Part shown: piece by piece, positions 27,364 through 40,121 of the stretch | Numbering within the stretch: position 1 is the first letter of the stretch | How the letters are laid out: the number at the start of each line of letters is the position of its first letter | NCBI GenBank assembly: GCA_022574495.1 | Contig: JACZRW010000003.1 | Location: 1 to 44,260 of the forward strand | DNA length: 44,260 bases | Source of the DNA: Patescibacteria group bacterium | GTDB lineage: Bacteria > Patescibacteriota > Microgenomatia > Woykebacterales > RBG-16-39-9b | Reading direction: 5' to 3' | The notes under the pieces: generated by a model | What the model saw: only the letters and a program-made list of their open reading frames with translations | Databases searched by the model: none | What the model was told of the DNA's origin: nothing | Position numbers and translations under genes: made by a program

Positions 27364-29431
27364 AAGACAACTTTCCTGTTTCTCTTGCAGTAACTGTTTT
27401 GGGGATGTGCAAGTTTTTATTCTTTAATTCCAACATCTGATCACGCAGGAGAGCGGCGCTTTCAAAATCTAGATTTTCGGCTGCATGTTTCATTTCTTCT
27501 TCAAGATCTTTGGCGAGTTTTTTAATTTCTTTCTTTGGTACTTTGGTAAGATCAAGCTCCTCCACCGTACTTGCATCAGGTTGAATTTCTTCCAGCCTTT
27601 CACCAATATCATGAATCGCTTTTTTAATAGTTTCTGGAGTTATTTTGTGCTTTTTATTATAAACAAGCTGGATATTTCGACGACGGTTTGTTTCTTCTAT
27701 TGCTCCTCTCATAGAACCAGTTATCTTATCGGCATACATTATCACCTTTCCATCCACGTGACGAGCCGCTCTACCTGTAGTCTGAATAAGACTTGTTTTG
27801 GATCTTAAAAATCCTTCTTTATCAGCATCTAGTATAACCACCAGGGAAACTTCTGGCAGATCTAACCCTTCGCGCAGCAAATTTATTCCCACCAAAACAT
27901 CGAATTTTCCTTTTCGTAGATCGCGCAGAATATCTATTCTTTCCAAGGTATTTATCTCATGGTGGATATACATTACTTTTATTTCTCTTTCTGCTAGAAA
28001 TTCCGCTAAATCTTCCGCCATATTTTTTGTGAGCGTAGTGACCAATACCCGCTGTCCTTTAGAGACGCGATTTTTAATTTCTTCCATGAGGTCGGGGATT
28101 TGGCCTTTGGTTTTTCTAATTTCAACTTCGGGATCGATAATACCAGTGGGCCGGATGATTTGCTCCACTATTTGATCCGCAAGACTCAACTCATAATCCT
28201 GTGGTGTGGCGGAAGTATAGATTACTTGATTAAGTTTTCTGGAAAATTCTTCATAGTTCAACGGTCTATTATCAAGTGCACTAGGCAATCTAAATCCATT
28301 ATCAATCAATACACTTTTTCTGGCTTTTTCCCCGTGCCACATACCACGAATTTGAGGAACGGTCATGTGTGATTCATCAATAAAGAGTAAAAAGTCTCTT
28401 GGAAAATAATCCATTAGTGTAAATGGGGAATCCCCTGGAGCACGACCATCAAAATATCTTGAATAATTTTCTATTCCTTTTACAAAGCCAAATTGATCTA
28501 TCTGTTCAATATCAAAATTTGTCCTTTGCTCCAATCTTCTATACTCCACTACTTTGTCATTATTTTTGAAGTAAGCCAGTCTATCCTTTAAATCTTTTTT
28601 TATTTGGGTAAGTGGTGCTTGAAGATTTTCTTTTGGCATTACGTAATGACGAGCCGGGAAAATCATGGTTTCCTCTTGCTCTTCAATATTTTCAAAACTG
28701 GTCGGTTTTAACCTGTCTATTTTTTCAATAGAATCACCAAAAAAACTTACCCGAACAATAAATTGCTCATAAGAAGGGTAAATCTCTAAGGTATCACCCT
28801 TCACTCTAAAATTCCCCCTTTTCAGTTCAAGATCATTTCTTTCGTACTGAATATCTACTAATCCGCTTAAGACTTCTTTTAGCTGAATTTTTTGACCCTT
28901 GTACAGACTGATTACACTATTTTGATAGGAATCAGGAGATCCTATATTGTAGATACACGATACGGAAGCAACTATAAGTACATCCCTGCGTGTAAGTAAG
29001 GCTTTGGTTGCCGCTAGTCTTAATCTGTCAATTTCTTCGTTTATGGCAGCATCTTTTTCTATATAAAGATCTATCTGAGGAATGTATGATTCTGGCAGGT
29101 AATAATCGTAATAACTTACAAAATATTCCACTGCATTTTTGGGGAAGAATTCGCGAAATTCGCTGGCAAGCTGAGCCGCCAAAGTCTTATTGTGAGCGAT
29201 TACCAATGTTGGCTTTTGGGTTTGTTGAATGATGTTGGCCATAGAGAAAGTCTTACCCGTAGCAGTGGCCCCAAGTAAAACTTGGTGTTTGTAATTTTTC
29301 TTAATACCATCTACTAGTTTTTTTATTGCTTCCGGTTGATCGCCAGTCGGCTCAAATGGTTTCACCAATTCAAAGCTTTGGCCTTGCTTAGTTTTAATCC
29401 TGAACTTTGTTGAAGGATCAGATTTATCCAT
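27362..29431 (-). CDS. uvrB: Excinuclease ABC subunit B
   Basis: PTGDQP.AI, GATATGKT, YFVSYYDYY, DESH, NLLREGLD, C-terminal UVR domain. Confidence 0.97.
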   Translation of the reverse strand: MDKSDPSTKFRIKTKQGQSFELVKPFEPTGDQPEAIKKLVDGIKKNYKHQVLLGATATGKTFSMANIIQQTQKPTLVIAHNKTLAAQLASEFREFFPKNAVEYFVSYYDYYLPESYIPQIDLYIEKDAAINEEIDRLRLAATKALLTRRDVLIVASVSCIYNIGSPDSYQNSVISLYKGQKIQLKEVLSGLVDIQYERNDLELKRGNFRVKGDTLEIYPSYEQFIVRVSFFGDSIEKIDRLKPTSFENIEEQEETMIFPARHYVMPKENLQAPLTQIKKDLKDRLAYFKNNDKVVEYRRLEQRTNFDIEQIDQFGFVKGIENYSRYFDGRAPGDSPFTLMDYFPRDFLLFIDESHMTVPQIRGMWHGEKARKSVLIDNGFRLPSALDNRPLNYEEFSRKLNQVIYTSATPQDYELSLADQIVEQIIRPTGIIDPEVEIRKTKGQIPDLMEEIKNRVSKGQRVLVTTLTKNMAEDLAEFLAEREIKVMYIHHEINTLERIDILRDLRKGKFDVLVGINLLREGLDLPEVSLVVILDADKEGFLRSKTSLIQTTGRAARHVDGKVIMYADKITGSMRGAIEETNRRRNIQLVYNKKHKITPETIKKAIHDIGERLEEIQPDASTVEELDLTKVPKKEIKKLAKDLEEEMKHAAENLDFESAALLRDQMLELKNKNLHIPKTVTARETGKLS

Positions 29432-29524
29432 AATAATTAATTTTAGCGCAAAAATATTTTTATTTAAAGTGTGGGAAGTTGTGTTTTGATAACTTTTGAC
29501 CTTCTTTTACCTCTTTATACTCTG

Positions 29525-29553
29525 TTGACAGTCTCCGAAAATAGGACGACAAT
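29525..29553 (+). promoter_or_regulatory. lexA promoter candidate
   Basis: TTGACA-17 nt-GACAAT. Confidence 0.5.
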
Positions 29554-29638
29554 ATAACCAGAAATTATGCGAACTAGAACTGCTTGGACTGATCGCAGAT
29601 TCTTCTTAATTTTTAATTCCGAGCGAAAGCGAGGCTAA

Positions 29639-30256
29639 GTGGCACCGGTAATTTACAAGAGACAAAGAGACCTTCTTCAATTTGTATCGCAATTCATGCA
29701 AAAAAGAGGCTATGCCCCAACATTGGCCGAAATTTGTGATGGCCTAGGCCTTCGTTCCCCGGCAACAGTTCACGAGCACATACAAAATTTAATTATAAAA
29801 GGAGTGTTAAAAAAATCTGAAGGTGTTCGACGAGGTATAGAAGTAATAGATCAAAGAGCCATGGGTTGGATTCCCTCCGCCGTCGAGCTTCCTCTAGTAG
29901 GTAAGATTGCCGCCGGTCAACCAATAGAAGTTATTGATGATCACACAGCGTCTGTGATAGTTCCACCAGATATGATCGGTGACAAGCGTTGTTATGTTTT
30001 ACAAGTAAAAGGAAATTCGATGGTGGAGGCAGCAATTTTGGATGGAGATTTTGTAGTAATTGAGCACCGAGAGACAGCCGAGAATGGTGATATAGTCGTT
30101 GCTTTGCTTAATGATAGTTTTGTAACCCTAAAAAGATTCTACCAGGAAACAGACCACGTAAGACTGGAACCAGCTAATTCTTCCATGAACCCTATCCTTA
30201 CCAGAAATGTAAAGATCCAAGGAAAAGTCGTCGGGGTGGTTAGAAGATATCACTAA
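29639..30256 (+). CDS. lexA: SOS repressor LexA
   Basis: wHTH GYAPT..EI, cleavage site IAAG, GNSM serine, TLKR lysine. Confidence 0.96.
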   Translation: MAPVIYKRQRDLLQFVSQFMQKRGYAPTLAEICDGLGLRSPATVHEHIQNLIIKGVLKKSEGVRRGIEVIDQRAMGWIPSAVELPLVGKIAAGQPIEVIDDHTASVIVPPDMIGDKRCYVLQVKGNSMVEAAILDGDFVVIEHRETAENGDIVVALLNDSFVTLKRFYQETDHVRLEPANSSMNPILTRNVKIQGKVVGVVRRYH

Positions 30257-31481
30257 AAAACATTGATGCAAACATAAGTACAACTGAAATGGTCATTATC
30301 CCTACCGTAAACCAGGCCGTTATTTTTGTTAAGGTATTATTCACAAATTCCCCCATTATTTTTTTACTAGATGAGATTATTATAATTAAAATTAAAAGCG
30401 GTGGGGCCACTACTCCAGCCAGAATTTGGGAGTAGAAAAGGGCGGTGACTGGATTTATTTTTAATATGGCTATAGCTGTTCCAATGAAAAAAGTAGCTGT
30501 TAAAACTGCATAAAACCCTTTAGCATTATTTACTTTTCTACCTAGACCCTCGCTCCATCCAAATACTTCGGCAACTGCATAAGAAGATGAAGCCGCTAGT
30601 ACTGGAAGCGCAATCAACCCGCCACCCACAATCCCAATAGAAAATAGTAAAAAGGCTCCATTACCGGCAATAGGTATAAAGGCCTTCGAAATATCGGCTG
30701 CAGTAAGGGCGCTAAAATTTTCTATGGGGCTATCAGAAAAGAAAAGTACCGTAGCGGTACTAATAATAATAAAATAGGCAACTAGATTGGAAAATATGAA
30801 CCCGGGCGCTACCGCTAGGAATTTATTGCGCGCTTCACTTTTTGGGGTATGATCCTCTACCTCTTCAGACGTCTGCCAAAAAAATAAGTACGGTGTTATG
30901 GTGGTGCCTAAAAGAGCAGTAGCCGTGGCAAAGTATATAGGGGTAAATTCAATTCTAGGAATAAGAGTACTACTTAACACTAAACCCCAATCTGGTTTTG
31001 CCAATACCCCAGATGCAATATAAGCAAGGAACACAACAACTAGCCAAAGTAGAAGTTTAGATAACACTTTATAATTTTCAAACACTACTACATACCAAAT
31101 AATTAAGGCCAGAACAGGAATGAAAACCACTGATGGAATAAAAGTAATAAAACTATTTAAAACAGAACCCATTATAGATAAATCTGCTCCAATGGTTAGT
31201 GTATTAACAACAATAAGGGAAACCATAGAAATGACGGCTACTTTTCTACCAAAATGTTCCTCTATAATAGTGGTCAGCCCTTTTTTCTTTACGTCGCCAA
31301 TCTTTGCACTCATTCCTTGAACAACGATGAGTAGTGGTGTAGAAAGAAGAAGTAACCAAGCTAGAGCGAAACCAGTAGTTGCGCCGGTAATTGAGTATGT
31401 TGTAATACCAGATGGATCATTATCCGCACCACCAGTGATAATTCCAGATGAAGTTTTTTTAATCAAGTGAGAAGCTTTCAT
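30240..31481 (-). CDS. NRAMP-family divalent metal transporter
   Basis: GGADNDPSGITTYS, LGTTITPYLFFWQ, multiple TM segments. Confidence 0.88.
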   Translation of the reverse strand: MKASHLIKKTSSGIITGGADNDPSGITTYSITGATTGFALAWLLLLSTPLLIVVQGMSAKIGDVKKKGLTTIIEEHFGRKVAVISMVSLIVVNTLTIGADLSIMGSVLNSFITFIPSVVFIPVLALIIWYVVVFENYKVLSKLLLWLVVVFLAYIASGVLAKPDWGLVLSSTLIPRIEFTPIYFATATALLGTTITPYLFFWQTSEEVEDHTPKSEARNKFLAVAPGFIFSNLVAYFIIISTATVLFFSDSPIENFSALTAADISKAFIPIAGNGAFLLFSIGIVGGGLIALPVLAASSSYAVAEVFGWSEGLGRKVNNAKGFYAVLTATFFIGTAIAILKINPVTALFYSQILAGVVAPPLLILIIIISSSKKIMGEFVNNTLTKITAWFTVGIMTISVVLMFASMFFSDIF

Positions 31482-31589
31482 CTAGCTTTTTTAAACTCCT
31501 TATATTTATGATAATAGTAAATATCACTAATTTTTAACTCTAGCAATTTAAGTTCAATAAATCTAGCTATAACCATGTATAATCACTCC

Positions 31590-32264
31590 ATGGGAAAACT
31601 CTACCTAGTCTCAACACCGATAGGAAACTTAGAAGATCTATCTATCAGAGCAATTAATACTTTAAAAAATGTAGATTTAATATTAGCGGAGGATACAAGA
31701 AGATCGTCTATATTACTAAAGCACTACTCAGTTAATAAATTATTATCGAGTTTTCATGAGCATAACGAAGAGAAAAAGCAAAACGAAATCATAGAAAAAC
31801 TTAAACAAGGACAAAATATTGCCTTAATTTCAGATGCCGGTACTCCAACTTTATCCGACCCCGGGTATAAACTAATCCGAGAATGTGTTAAGGAAAACAT
31901 CAAAGTAATTTCAATCCCCGGCGCTTCAGCAGTTATTACGGCGTTGGCTTCATCAGGATTACCTACAGATTCATTTTCGTTTTTTGGATACGCCCCAAAG
32001 AAGGGTGGGAAAAAAAGACTTTTCTACGAAAAAATGCACAAATCATTAGATGGTATCACCAGCACAGTAATATTATTTGAATCTCCATATCGCCTTGAAA
32101 AAACACTTCAAGAGCTGGCTAGTATTTTCCCTGAAAAAAACCTCGTAATAGCAAGAGAGCTAACCAAAGCTCACGAGGAAATAATTCGAGGTAAAGTAGC
32201 ATTTGTTGCAAAAATTCTTAAAGGAAAAAAGTTGAAGGGTGAGATTACCATTCTAATAAATTAA
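31590..32264 (+). CDS. rsmI: 16S rRNA C1402 2'-O-methyltransferase
   Basis: LYLVSTPIGNLED, AEDTR, SDAGTP.LSDPG, ARELTK.HEE. Likely leaderless ATG at 31590. Confidence 0.95.
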   Translation: MGKLYLVSTPIGNLEDLSIRAINTLKNVDLILAEDTRRSSILLKHYSVNKLLSSFHEHNEEKKQNEIIEKLKQGQNIALISDAGTPTLSDPGYKLIRECVKENIKVISIPGASAVITALASSGLPTDSFSFFGYAPKKGGKKRLFYEKMHKSLDGITSTVILFESPYRLEKTLQELASIFPEKNLVIARELTKAHEEIIRGKVAFVAKILKGKKLKGEITILIN

Positions 32265-33815
32265 TAGATTCCTACCTGTCATTTCGGCTGGTTTATTATT
32301 ACCCATCAGATAAAGCAGAGTAGGGGCAACATCAGCCAAAGACCCAGACTGGAGCTGAATTTTTTTCTCCTTTAGTTTATCTGAAATTGCCAAAAAGGGT
32401 ACTGGATTTGACGTGTGCTCAGTATCGACTCCTTTTGTAATTGGATTAATCATTTGCTCTGCATTCCCATGATCTCCAACCAATACAACTGTGCCTCCCA
32501 TGGGGTAGGCTTCGTCAACAATTTTTCCTACACAATAATCTAAAATTTGTACCGCTTCGATAGTTGCCTTTAGGGAACCGGTGTGGGCAACCATATCGGC
32601 ATTAGCAAAATTTATTATATAAAATCCATAATGGGCTGTTCTTAATTTTTTTACAATAATATCGGTAATCGTGTGTGCCGACATTTCTGGCTTCAAATCA
32701 TAAGTAGCTACTCTTGGAGATGGTACATGAAGTCTATCCTCGTAAGCAAAAGGGGTTTCAATACCTCCATTAAAAAAATAGGTCACGTGAGCGTATTTTT
32801 CTGTCTCTCCTATGTGGAACTGTTGAACATTATTGGTTGACACAACCAAAGATAAAGGATTACTTATTAATGGTGCGGGAAAGGCTACATGGGCAGGTAG
32901 ATTGCGCTCATACTCTGTCATGGACACAAAGTAAAGATTTTTTATCTTTTCTCTTGAAAAACCAATAAATTCATCTAAAATAAATGCTTTCGTAAGTTGT
33001 CTAGTTCTATCAGGACGAAAATTAAAGAAAATAACACTATCATTTTCTTTTACAAATACCGGCGCTTTCTTTCCATCAGAAATTATGCAAGGCTCGATAA
33101 ATTCATCCGTTACATTACCTTTGTAAGATTGATCAATCGCCTCGAATGGGCTTCTAAATACTTTCCCACTACCTACAGTTATTGTTTTGTATGCTTTCTC
33201 TGTCTTATCCCAACGGTTATCTCTATCCATGGCATAGTATCTTCCCGAAATTGAAACCACTTGACCAATATTAATTCCCTTCAATTTTGCATCTAGCTCC
33301 CTAAAAAATTGTAGCGCAGATGAAGGTGGTGAATCTCTACCATCGGTAAATAAGTGTAGATACACATTACCTACTCCAGATTGCTTAAGAAGCCATAGCA
33401 GCGCGTATAAATGTTCTACACTGGAGTGTACTCCCCCTGAGCCCACTAACCCCAGTAAGTGAACATTAGAATTATTTTTCTTTACATTATAAATTGCTTC
33501 CTTAAAAACAAGATTTTTTAAAAAAGTTCCGTCCGCTATGGCCGTATTTATTCTAGGTAGATCTTGATAAACTATTCTCCCCGCACCAAGATTCATGTGC
33601 CCTACCTCAGAATTTCCAACCTCACCGTGGGGAAGACCTACAGACTCACCCGCTGCTTCCAAAACGGTGTGGGGAAACGATGAATAATATGAATCAAGAT
33701 TTGGTTTTTTGGCTGCTGAAATTGCGTTTACTTCCACTCCTCCTCCAGCAACTCCCCAACCATCTAGCACTATTAGTACCATTGGTTTTATGAAATTATC
33801 GGGCAAAGTTTTCAT
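32253..33815 (-). CDS. gpmI: 2,3-BPG-independent phosphoglycerate mutase
   Basis: LDGWG, GNSEVGH, GRYYAMDRD, ETEKYAHVT, DHGNAE. Confidence 0.96.
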   Translation of the reverse strand: MKTLPDNFIKPMVLIVLDGWGVAGGGVEVNAISAAKKPNLDSYYSSFPHTVLEAAGESVGLPHGEVGNSEVGHMNLGAGRIVYQDLPRINTAIADGTFLKNLVFKEAIYNVKKNNSNVHLLGLVGSGGVHSSVEHLYALLWLLKQSGVGNVYLHLFTDGRDSPPSSALQFFRELDAKLKGINIGQVVSISGRYYAMDRDNRWDKTEKAYKTITVGSGKVFRSPFEAIDQSYKGNVTDEFIEPCIISDGKKAPVFVKENDSVIFFNFRPDRTRQLTKAFILDEFIGFSREKIKNLYFVSMTEYERNLPAHVAFPAPLISNPLSLVVSTNNVQQFHIGETEKYAHVTYFFNGGIETPFAYEDRLHVPSPRVATYDLKPEMSAHTITDIIVKKLRTAHYGFYIINFANADMVAHTGSLKATIEAVQILDYCVGKIVDEAYPMGGTVVLVGDHGNAEQMINPITKGVDTEHTSNPVPFLAISDKLKEKKIQLQSGSLADVAPTLLYLMGNNKPAEMTGRNLLIY

Positions 33816-33910
33816 AAATTACTTACTTCATCATAGCTAAGAACTAGCATTAAATTCAACACCCAAAGACCCCTTGCAAGATATTTACATTTCTGGTAGT
33901 ATTCTTCGTT

Positions 33911-34276
33911 ATGCCAAATGATAATAAATGTACTACTCTTGTAATTTCCTGTATAGATTACCGATTCATAAGTTCTTGTCGAGATTACCTTTTAAAGATT
34001 GGGATAAAAGATAGGTACGATCTCCTCACTACTCCAGGCGCCTCCCTAAACGTCCAAAAGATAAAGGATGATATAAAAACTTCTCTTAAGGTACATGGCC
34101 CCAATGAGGTTTACATTTTTGATCATGATGATTGTGCAGTATACGGAAAAAATAACTCTGAAGAGAGACATATTCAAAATTTAAAAAAAGCAAAAGAGGT
34201 AATAAACAAAATTCAAAACGGTTTGAAAATCTATACTTATATAGTTAAATTTAATAAAGTGAAACAGATAAATTAA
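33911..34276 (+). CDS. Beta-carbonic anhydrase-like small protein
   Basis: C-x-D-x-R (CIDYR), PGA, H-x-x-C (HDDC). Confidence 0.8.
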   Translation: MPNDNKCTTLVISCIDYRFISSCRDYLLKIGIKDRYDLLTTPGASLNVQKIKDDIKTSLKVHGPNEVYIFDHDDCAVYGKNNSEERHIQNLKKAKEVINKIQNGLKIYTYIVKFNKVKQIN

Positions 34277-35010
34277 TGAATATTGAACTTGCTCCAGAAA
34301 CATTATTTCAGGTCGGGTTTCTTCCGATAACAAATACTCTTCTTACCACCTGGATAACTATGGTAGTGATTGTTGGAGTTGCCTATGCCGCAACCAGAAA
34401 AATCTCCTTAGTACCAGATAAACCTCAGGCAATCTTGGAAATCGTTTTAGATTGGATATTTGATCTCGGAGTTGGTTTATCGGATCATATACGAGCCAAG
34501 AAATTTTTTAGCATTGTAGCTACATTTTTCATATTCATAATCTTCGCAAATTACTTGGGACTTTTCCCTGGTGTGGGTACGATCGGCTTTTACACTTTTC
34601 ATGGTCAGGAAGAGGTTTGGGTTCCTCTGATACGTCCTATGAATACCGATTTAAACGCCACTTTAGCCTTGGCTCTCATTTCAGTAGCAATGACTCACTA
34701 CTACGCAATTAGTATTTTGGGATTTGGTGCATACTTGGGTAAATTTTTTAGTCTGAATCCTGTATTTTTATTTGTCGGATTTTTGGAAATTATTGCTGAA
34801 TTTACTAAACTAGTATCGCTATCTTTCCGACTTTTTGGTAATATTTTTGCCGGAGAGGCACTTTTGGTGACCATTTCATCATTGTTTGCGTTTATATTAC
34901 CACTACCGTTTATCGCCCTTGAACTTCTAGTAGGTTTTGTTCAAGCAATGATATTTATGATGCTTACCTTAGTGTTTATGATTATCCTAAGCGAGAAGGC
35001 AACCCATTAA
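34276..35010 (+). CDS. atpB: ATP synthase F0 subunit a
   Basis: SLSFRLFGNIFAGE, GFVQA.IF..LT. Confidence 0.96.
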   Translation: MNIELAPETLFQVGFLPITNTLLTTWITMVVIVGVAYAATRKISLVPDKPQAILEIVLDWIFDLGVGLSDHIRAKKFFSIVATFFIFIIFANYLGLFPGVGTIGFYTFHGQEEVWVPLIRPMNTDLNATLALALISVAMTHYYAISILGFGAYLGKFFSLNPVFLFVGFLEIIAEFTKLVSLSFRLFGNIFAGEALLVTISSLFAFILPLPFIALELLVGFVQAMIFMMLTLVFMIILSEKATH

Positions 35011-35049
35011 TGAATAGAATGGTGTTAAATTTTGAAGGGAGGTGTTTTT

Positions 35050-35256
35050 GTGGAATTTTCAATTAGTGGAGGATTAGTGGTAGCTTTAGGTGGTGCTCTT
35101 CCGGCACTTGCTATTGGACTTATTGGTATGAAGGCCATGGAAGCAATAGGAAGAAATCCTGATGCTCAGAGTAAAATTATGCCGGCTATGCTTTTAGGCA
35201 TGGCATTCGCCGAAGCAATTGCTATTTACGCTCTAGTTTTGGCATTCATTGGATAA
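35050..35256 (+). CDS. atpE: ATP synthase F0 subunit c
   Basis: GRNPDA, FAEAIAIY. GTG start after SD GGAGGT. Confidence 0.95.
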   Translation: MEFSISGGLVVALGGALPALAIGLIGMKAMEAIGRNPDAQSKIMPAMLLGMAFAEAIAIYALVLAFIG

Positions 35257-35259
35257 AAA

Positions 35260-35332
35260 AAGGTTATTAGGTCGCTAGGATTTTGGGTTGCTAGGTGACA
35301 TACTCCTAAAAACCTAAGTACCCAATAACCTT
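35260..35332. repeat. Octamer-periodic inverted repeat between atpE and atpF
   Basis: AGGTTATT AGGTCGCT AGGATTTT GGGTTGCT ... CCTAAAAA CCTAAGTA CCCAATAA CCTT. Confidence 0.7.
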
Positions 35333-35348
35333 ATAGCCAATTTAGTTT

Positions 35349-35840
35349 ATGGAAGTTTTAGAAAATTTTGGAGTACAACCAGTTTTATTACTAGCTCAGA
35401 TAGTAAATTTTATTATTTTACTATTTCTGCTTAAAAAATTCGCTTATAAACCAATTATGAAAGTGCTGGAAGAGCGCAGAATTAAAATCGAAACTGGTGT
35501 GAGACAAGCCGAAGAGGCAGAGAAAAAACTAATGGAAACCGAAGTAAGGCAAAAGGAGATTATTTCTGGAGCCGAGCAAGAATCATCTAGAATTATTCAA
35601 GAGACAAAACACGCCGTTAAAAAATTACAGGACGAAACCTTAGTTGAAACAAATAAAAAAGCCGAGGAAATGATGGATAGAAATAAAGAAGTTTTGCAAT
35701 TAGAGAAAGAAAAAATGATAAGTGAGGTGAAGATAGGAATGGCCGAATTGGTTGCCGAAACAACCAAAAAAGTAGTTGGTAAAACTCTTTCTCAGCAAGA
35801 AAATGAGCGTCTCGTAAGAGAATCACTTAAGAATATATAA
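35349..35840 (+). CDS. atpF: ATP synthase F0 subunit b
   Basis: QIVNF.IL..LL.KFAYKPI..VLEER plus coiled coil. Confidence 0.95.
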   Translation: MEVLENFGVQPVLLLAQIVNFIILLFLLKKFAYKPIMKVLEERRIKIETGVRQAEEAEKKLMETEVRQKEIISGAEQESSRIIQETKHAVKKLQDETLVETNKKAEEMMDRNKEVLQLEKEKMISEVKIGMAELVAETTKKVVGKTLSQQENERLVRESLKNI

Positions 35841-35842
35841 TC

Positions 35843-36241
35843 ATGGGTTATTCAAAGCAAGATATTAAAATCGCCAAGAAAATTTTTGAAGGTAGTATTA
35901 AAGAAGGAAATATTGAAACATCAAGGTTATTTTCAATTATTTCTACCGTAAAAAAAATGAAACCGAATAAAGCACTGAATATTCTTCAGGCTCTGTTAAA
36001 AGAGGTAGTCAGTTTTTATAAAAAACAAACTTTATTAGTAGAAAGCTCATTACCACTTGAGCAAAGTTATTTAAGTGAGATAAAAAGAATTTTTGAAAGA
36101 AAAATTGGAAGACCTTTAACTATTGTTTTCAAGGAAAACAAAACCCTGATTGGTGGTATAAAAATAAAACTAGATGATAATGTGTGGGATTACTCGGTTA
36201 ATCAATCTCTAGAGGTATTTAAGGAGCGTGCAAATGGTTGA
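35843..36241 (+). CDS. atpH: ATP synthase F1 subunit delta (short)
   Basis: Operon position and LIGGIKIK...VWDYSV. Confidence 0.85.
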   Translation: MGYSKQDIKIAKKIFEGSIKEGNIETSRLFSIISTVKKMKPNKALNILQALLKEVVSFYKKQTLLVESSLPLEQSYLSEIKRIFERKIGRPLTIVFKENKTLIGGIKIKLDDNVWDYSVNQSLEVFKERANG

Positions 36242-37727
36242 TATTATAGGAGAATTAAAAAAAGAAATAGAAAAACTGGAAATAAGTAAAGAAGCTAAAA
36301 ATACTGGCATCATTACTGAAATTGGTGATGGTGTTGCCAAAGTCGATGGTCTATCCGACGTAGTCTTTAATGAATTGATAGATCTACCTAATAATTTGAA
36401 GGGTTTAGCACTAAACCTAGAAGAAAACAGTGTCGGAATTATTATTTTTGGAGATTATACTCAACTTAAGGAAGGTGACGAAGTAAGGTCAACTGGCAAG
36501 ATCCTTGAAGTTCCTGTCGGCGATTCTTTAGTAGGAAGAGTAGTAAATGCAGTTGGTGAACCAATTGATGGAAAAGGCCCCATAAAATCAACCAAAGCAT
36601 ACCCGGTAGAAAAAATTGCTCCTGGAGTTATCTCGCGAGAGTCTGTAAAAACCCCTCTACAAACAGGAATTAAAGCGATAGATAGTATGATTCCGATTGG
36701 TAGAGGTCAAAGGGAGCTAATTATTGGCGATAGAGGTTTGGGAAAGACGGCGATTACCATCGATACGATAATAAATCAAAAGGATTCGGGAGTAATCTGC
36801 ATTTATGTAGCCATCGGACAAAAAACTTCTAAAATAGCCCAGCTGATCAACACGTTGGAAAAAGCCGATGCTATGAAGCATTCGATAATCGTATCTGCAT
36901 CGGCAACAGATTCGGCCACCATGCAGTTTATTGCGCCATACGCTGGTTGTGCCTTGGGGGAATATTTTATGGATCAAGGAAAGGATGCTCTAATAATTTA
37001 TGACGATCTTTCAAAACACGCTTGGTCTTACCGACAACTTTCACTTCTATTACGAAGACCCTCCGGTCGTGAGGCATACCCTGGCGATGTATTTTATTTA
37101 CACTCTAGATTACTAGAAAGATCTGCAAAGCTAAATGAAGAAAACGGATCTGGTTCCCTAACCGCATTGCCGATAATAGAAACTCAAGAAGGGGATGTAT
37201 CGGCTTATATACCTACAAACGTTATTTCTATTACCGACGGGCAGATATTCCTTGAAGGAGACATGTTTTACGCCGGCACCAGACCGGCTATAAATGTAGG
37301 TCTCTCTGTTTCTAGAGTTGGTGGCGCTGCTCAAACAAAAGCAATGAAGCAAGTCTCCGGATCTCTGAGATTAGATCTTGCTCAATATCGCGAGTTAGCG
37401 GCATTCGCCCAATTTGGTAGTGATTTGGATGAAACAACCCAGAAAAGGCTCGAAAGAGGAAAAAGATTGGTCGAAATATTAAAACAATCTCAATTTGCTC
37501 CTATGAGCGTAGAAAAACAAGTTGTAATCCTTTTTGCAGCTACAAAGGGCTTTCTAGATGACATTCCCGTGGATAAACTAGACGAGTTTGAGCAGAAATT
37601 TTCTGATTTTATGAGTACAAGGAAAAAGAACGTGCTAGACACAATAATCAAGGAAGAATCTTTATCTAAAAAGACAGAGCAAGAATTAGAAAAATCAATT
37701 GAGGAATTCAAAAAGGGGTTTAAGTAA
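36234..37727 (+). CDS. atpA: ATP synthase F1 subunit alpha
   Basis: [30 protein letters not shown] 36234 fits SD AAGGAG. Confidence 0.97.
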   Translation: MVDIIGELKKEIEKLEISKEAKNTGIITEIGDGVAKVDGLSDVVFNELIDLPNNLKGLALNLEENSVGIIIFGDYTQLKEGDEVRSTGKILEVPVGDSLVGRVVNAVGEPIDGKGPIKSTKAYPVEKIAPGVISRESVKTPLQTGIKAIDSMIPIGRGQRELIIGDRGLGKTAITIDTIINQKDSGVICIYVAIGQKTSKIAQLINTLEKADAMKHSIIVSASATDSATMQFIAPYAGCALGEYFMDQGKDALIIYDDLSKHAWSYRQLSLLLRRPSGREAYPGDVFYLHSRLLERSAKLNEENGSGSLTALPIIETQEGDVSAYIPTNVISITDGQIFLEGDMFYAGTRPAINVGLSVSRVGGAAQTKAMKQVSGSLRLDLAQYRELAAFAQFGSDLDETTQKRLERGKRLVEILKQSQFAPMSVEKQVVILFAATKGFLDDIPVDKLDEFEQKFSDFMSTRKKNVLDTIIKEESLSKKTEQELEKSIEEFKKGFK

Positions 37728-37760
37728 TTAGGTTACAATAATGTATAGCCAAACAAACAT

Positions 37761-39991
<2,231 letters not shown>

Positions 39992-39999
39992 TTAGGATG

Positions 40000-40114
40000 A
40001 ATATCAAATTTCAAAGTTCAAATACTAAAAGAAATCCAAAACCCAAATGCTTAATTTTTTGACATTTAGTCATTTGAGATTGATTTATCATTTTGATTTT
40101 GGAATTAGGATTTT
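40000..40114. repeat. Heptamer-periodic inverted repeat between atpD and atpC
   Basis: AATATCA AATTTCA AAGTTCA AATACTA... followed by the complementary TTTGA/TTTAG series. Confidence 0.65.
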
Positions 40115-40121
40115 ATAAAGT

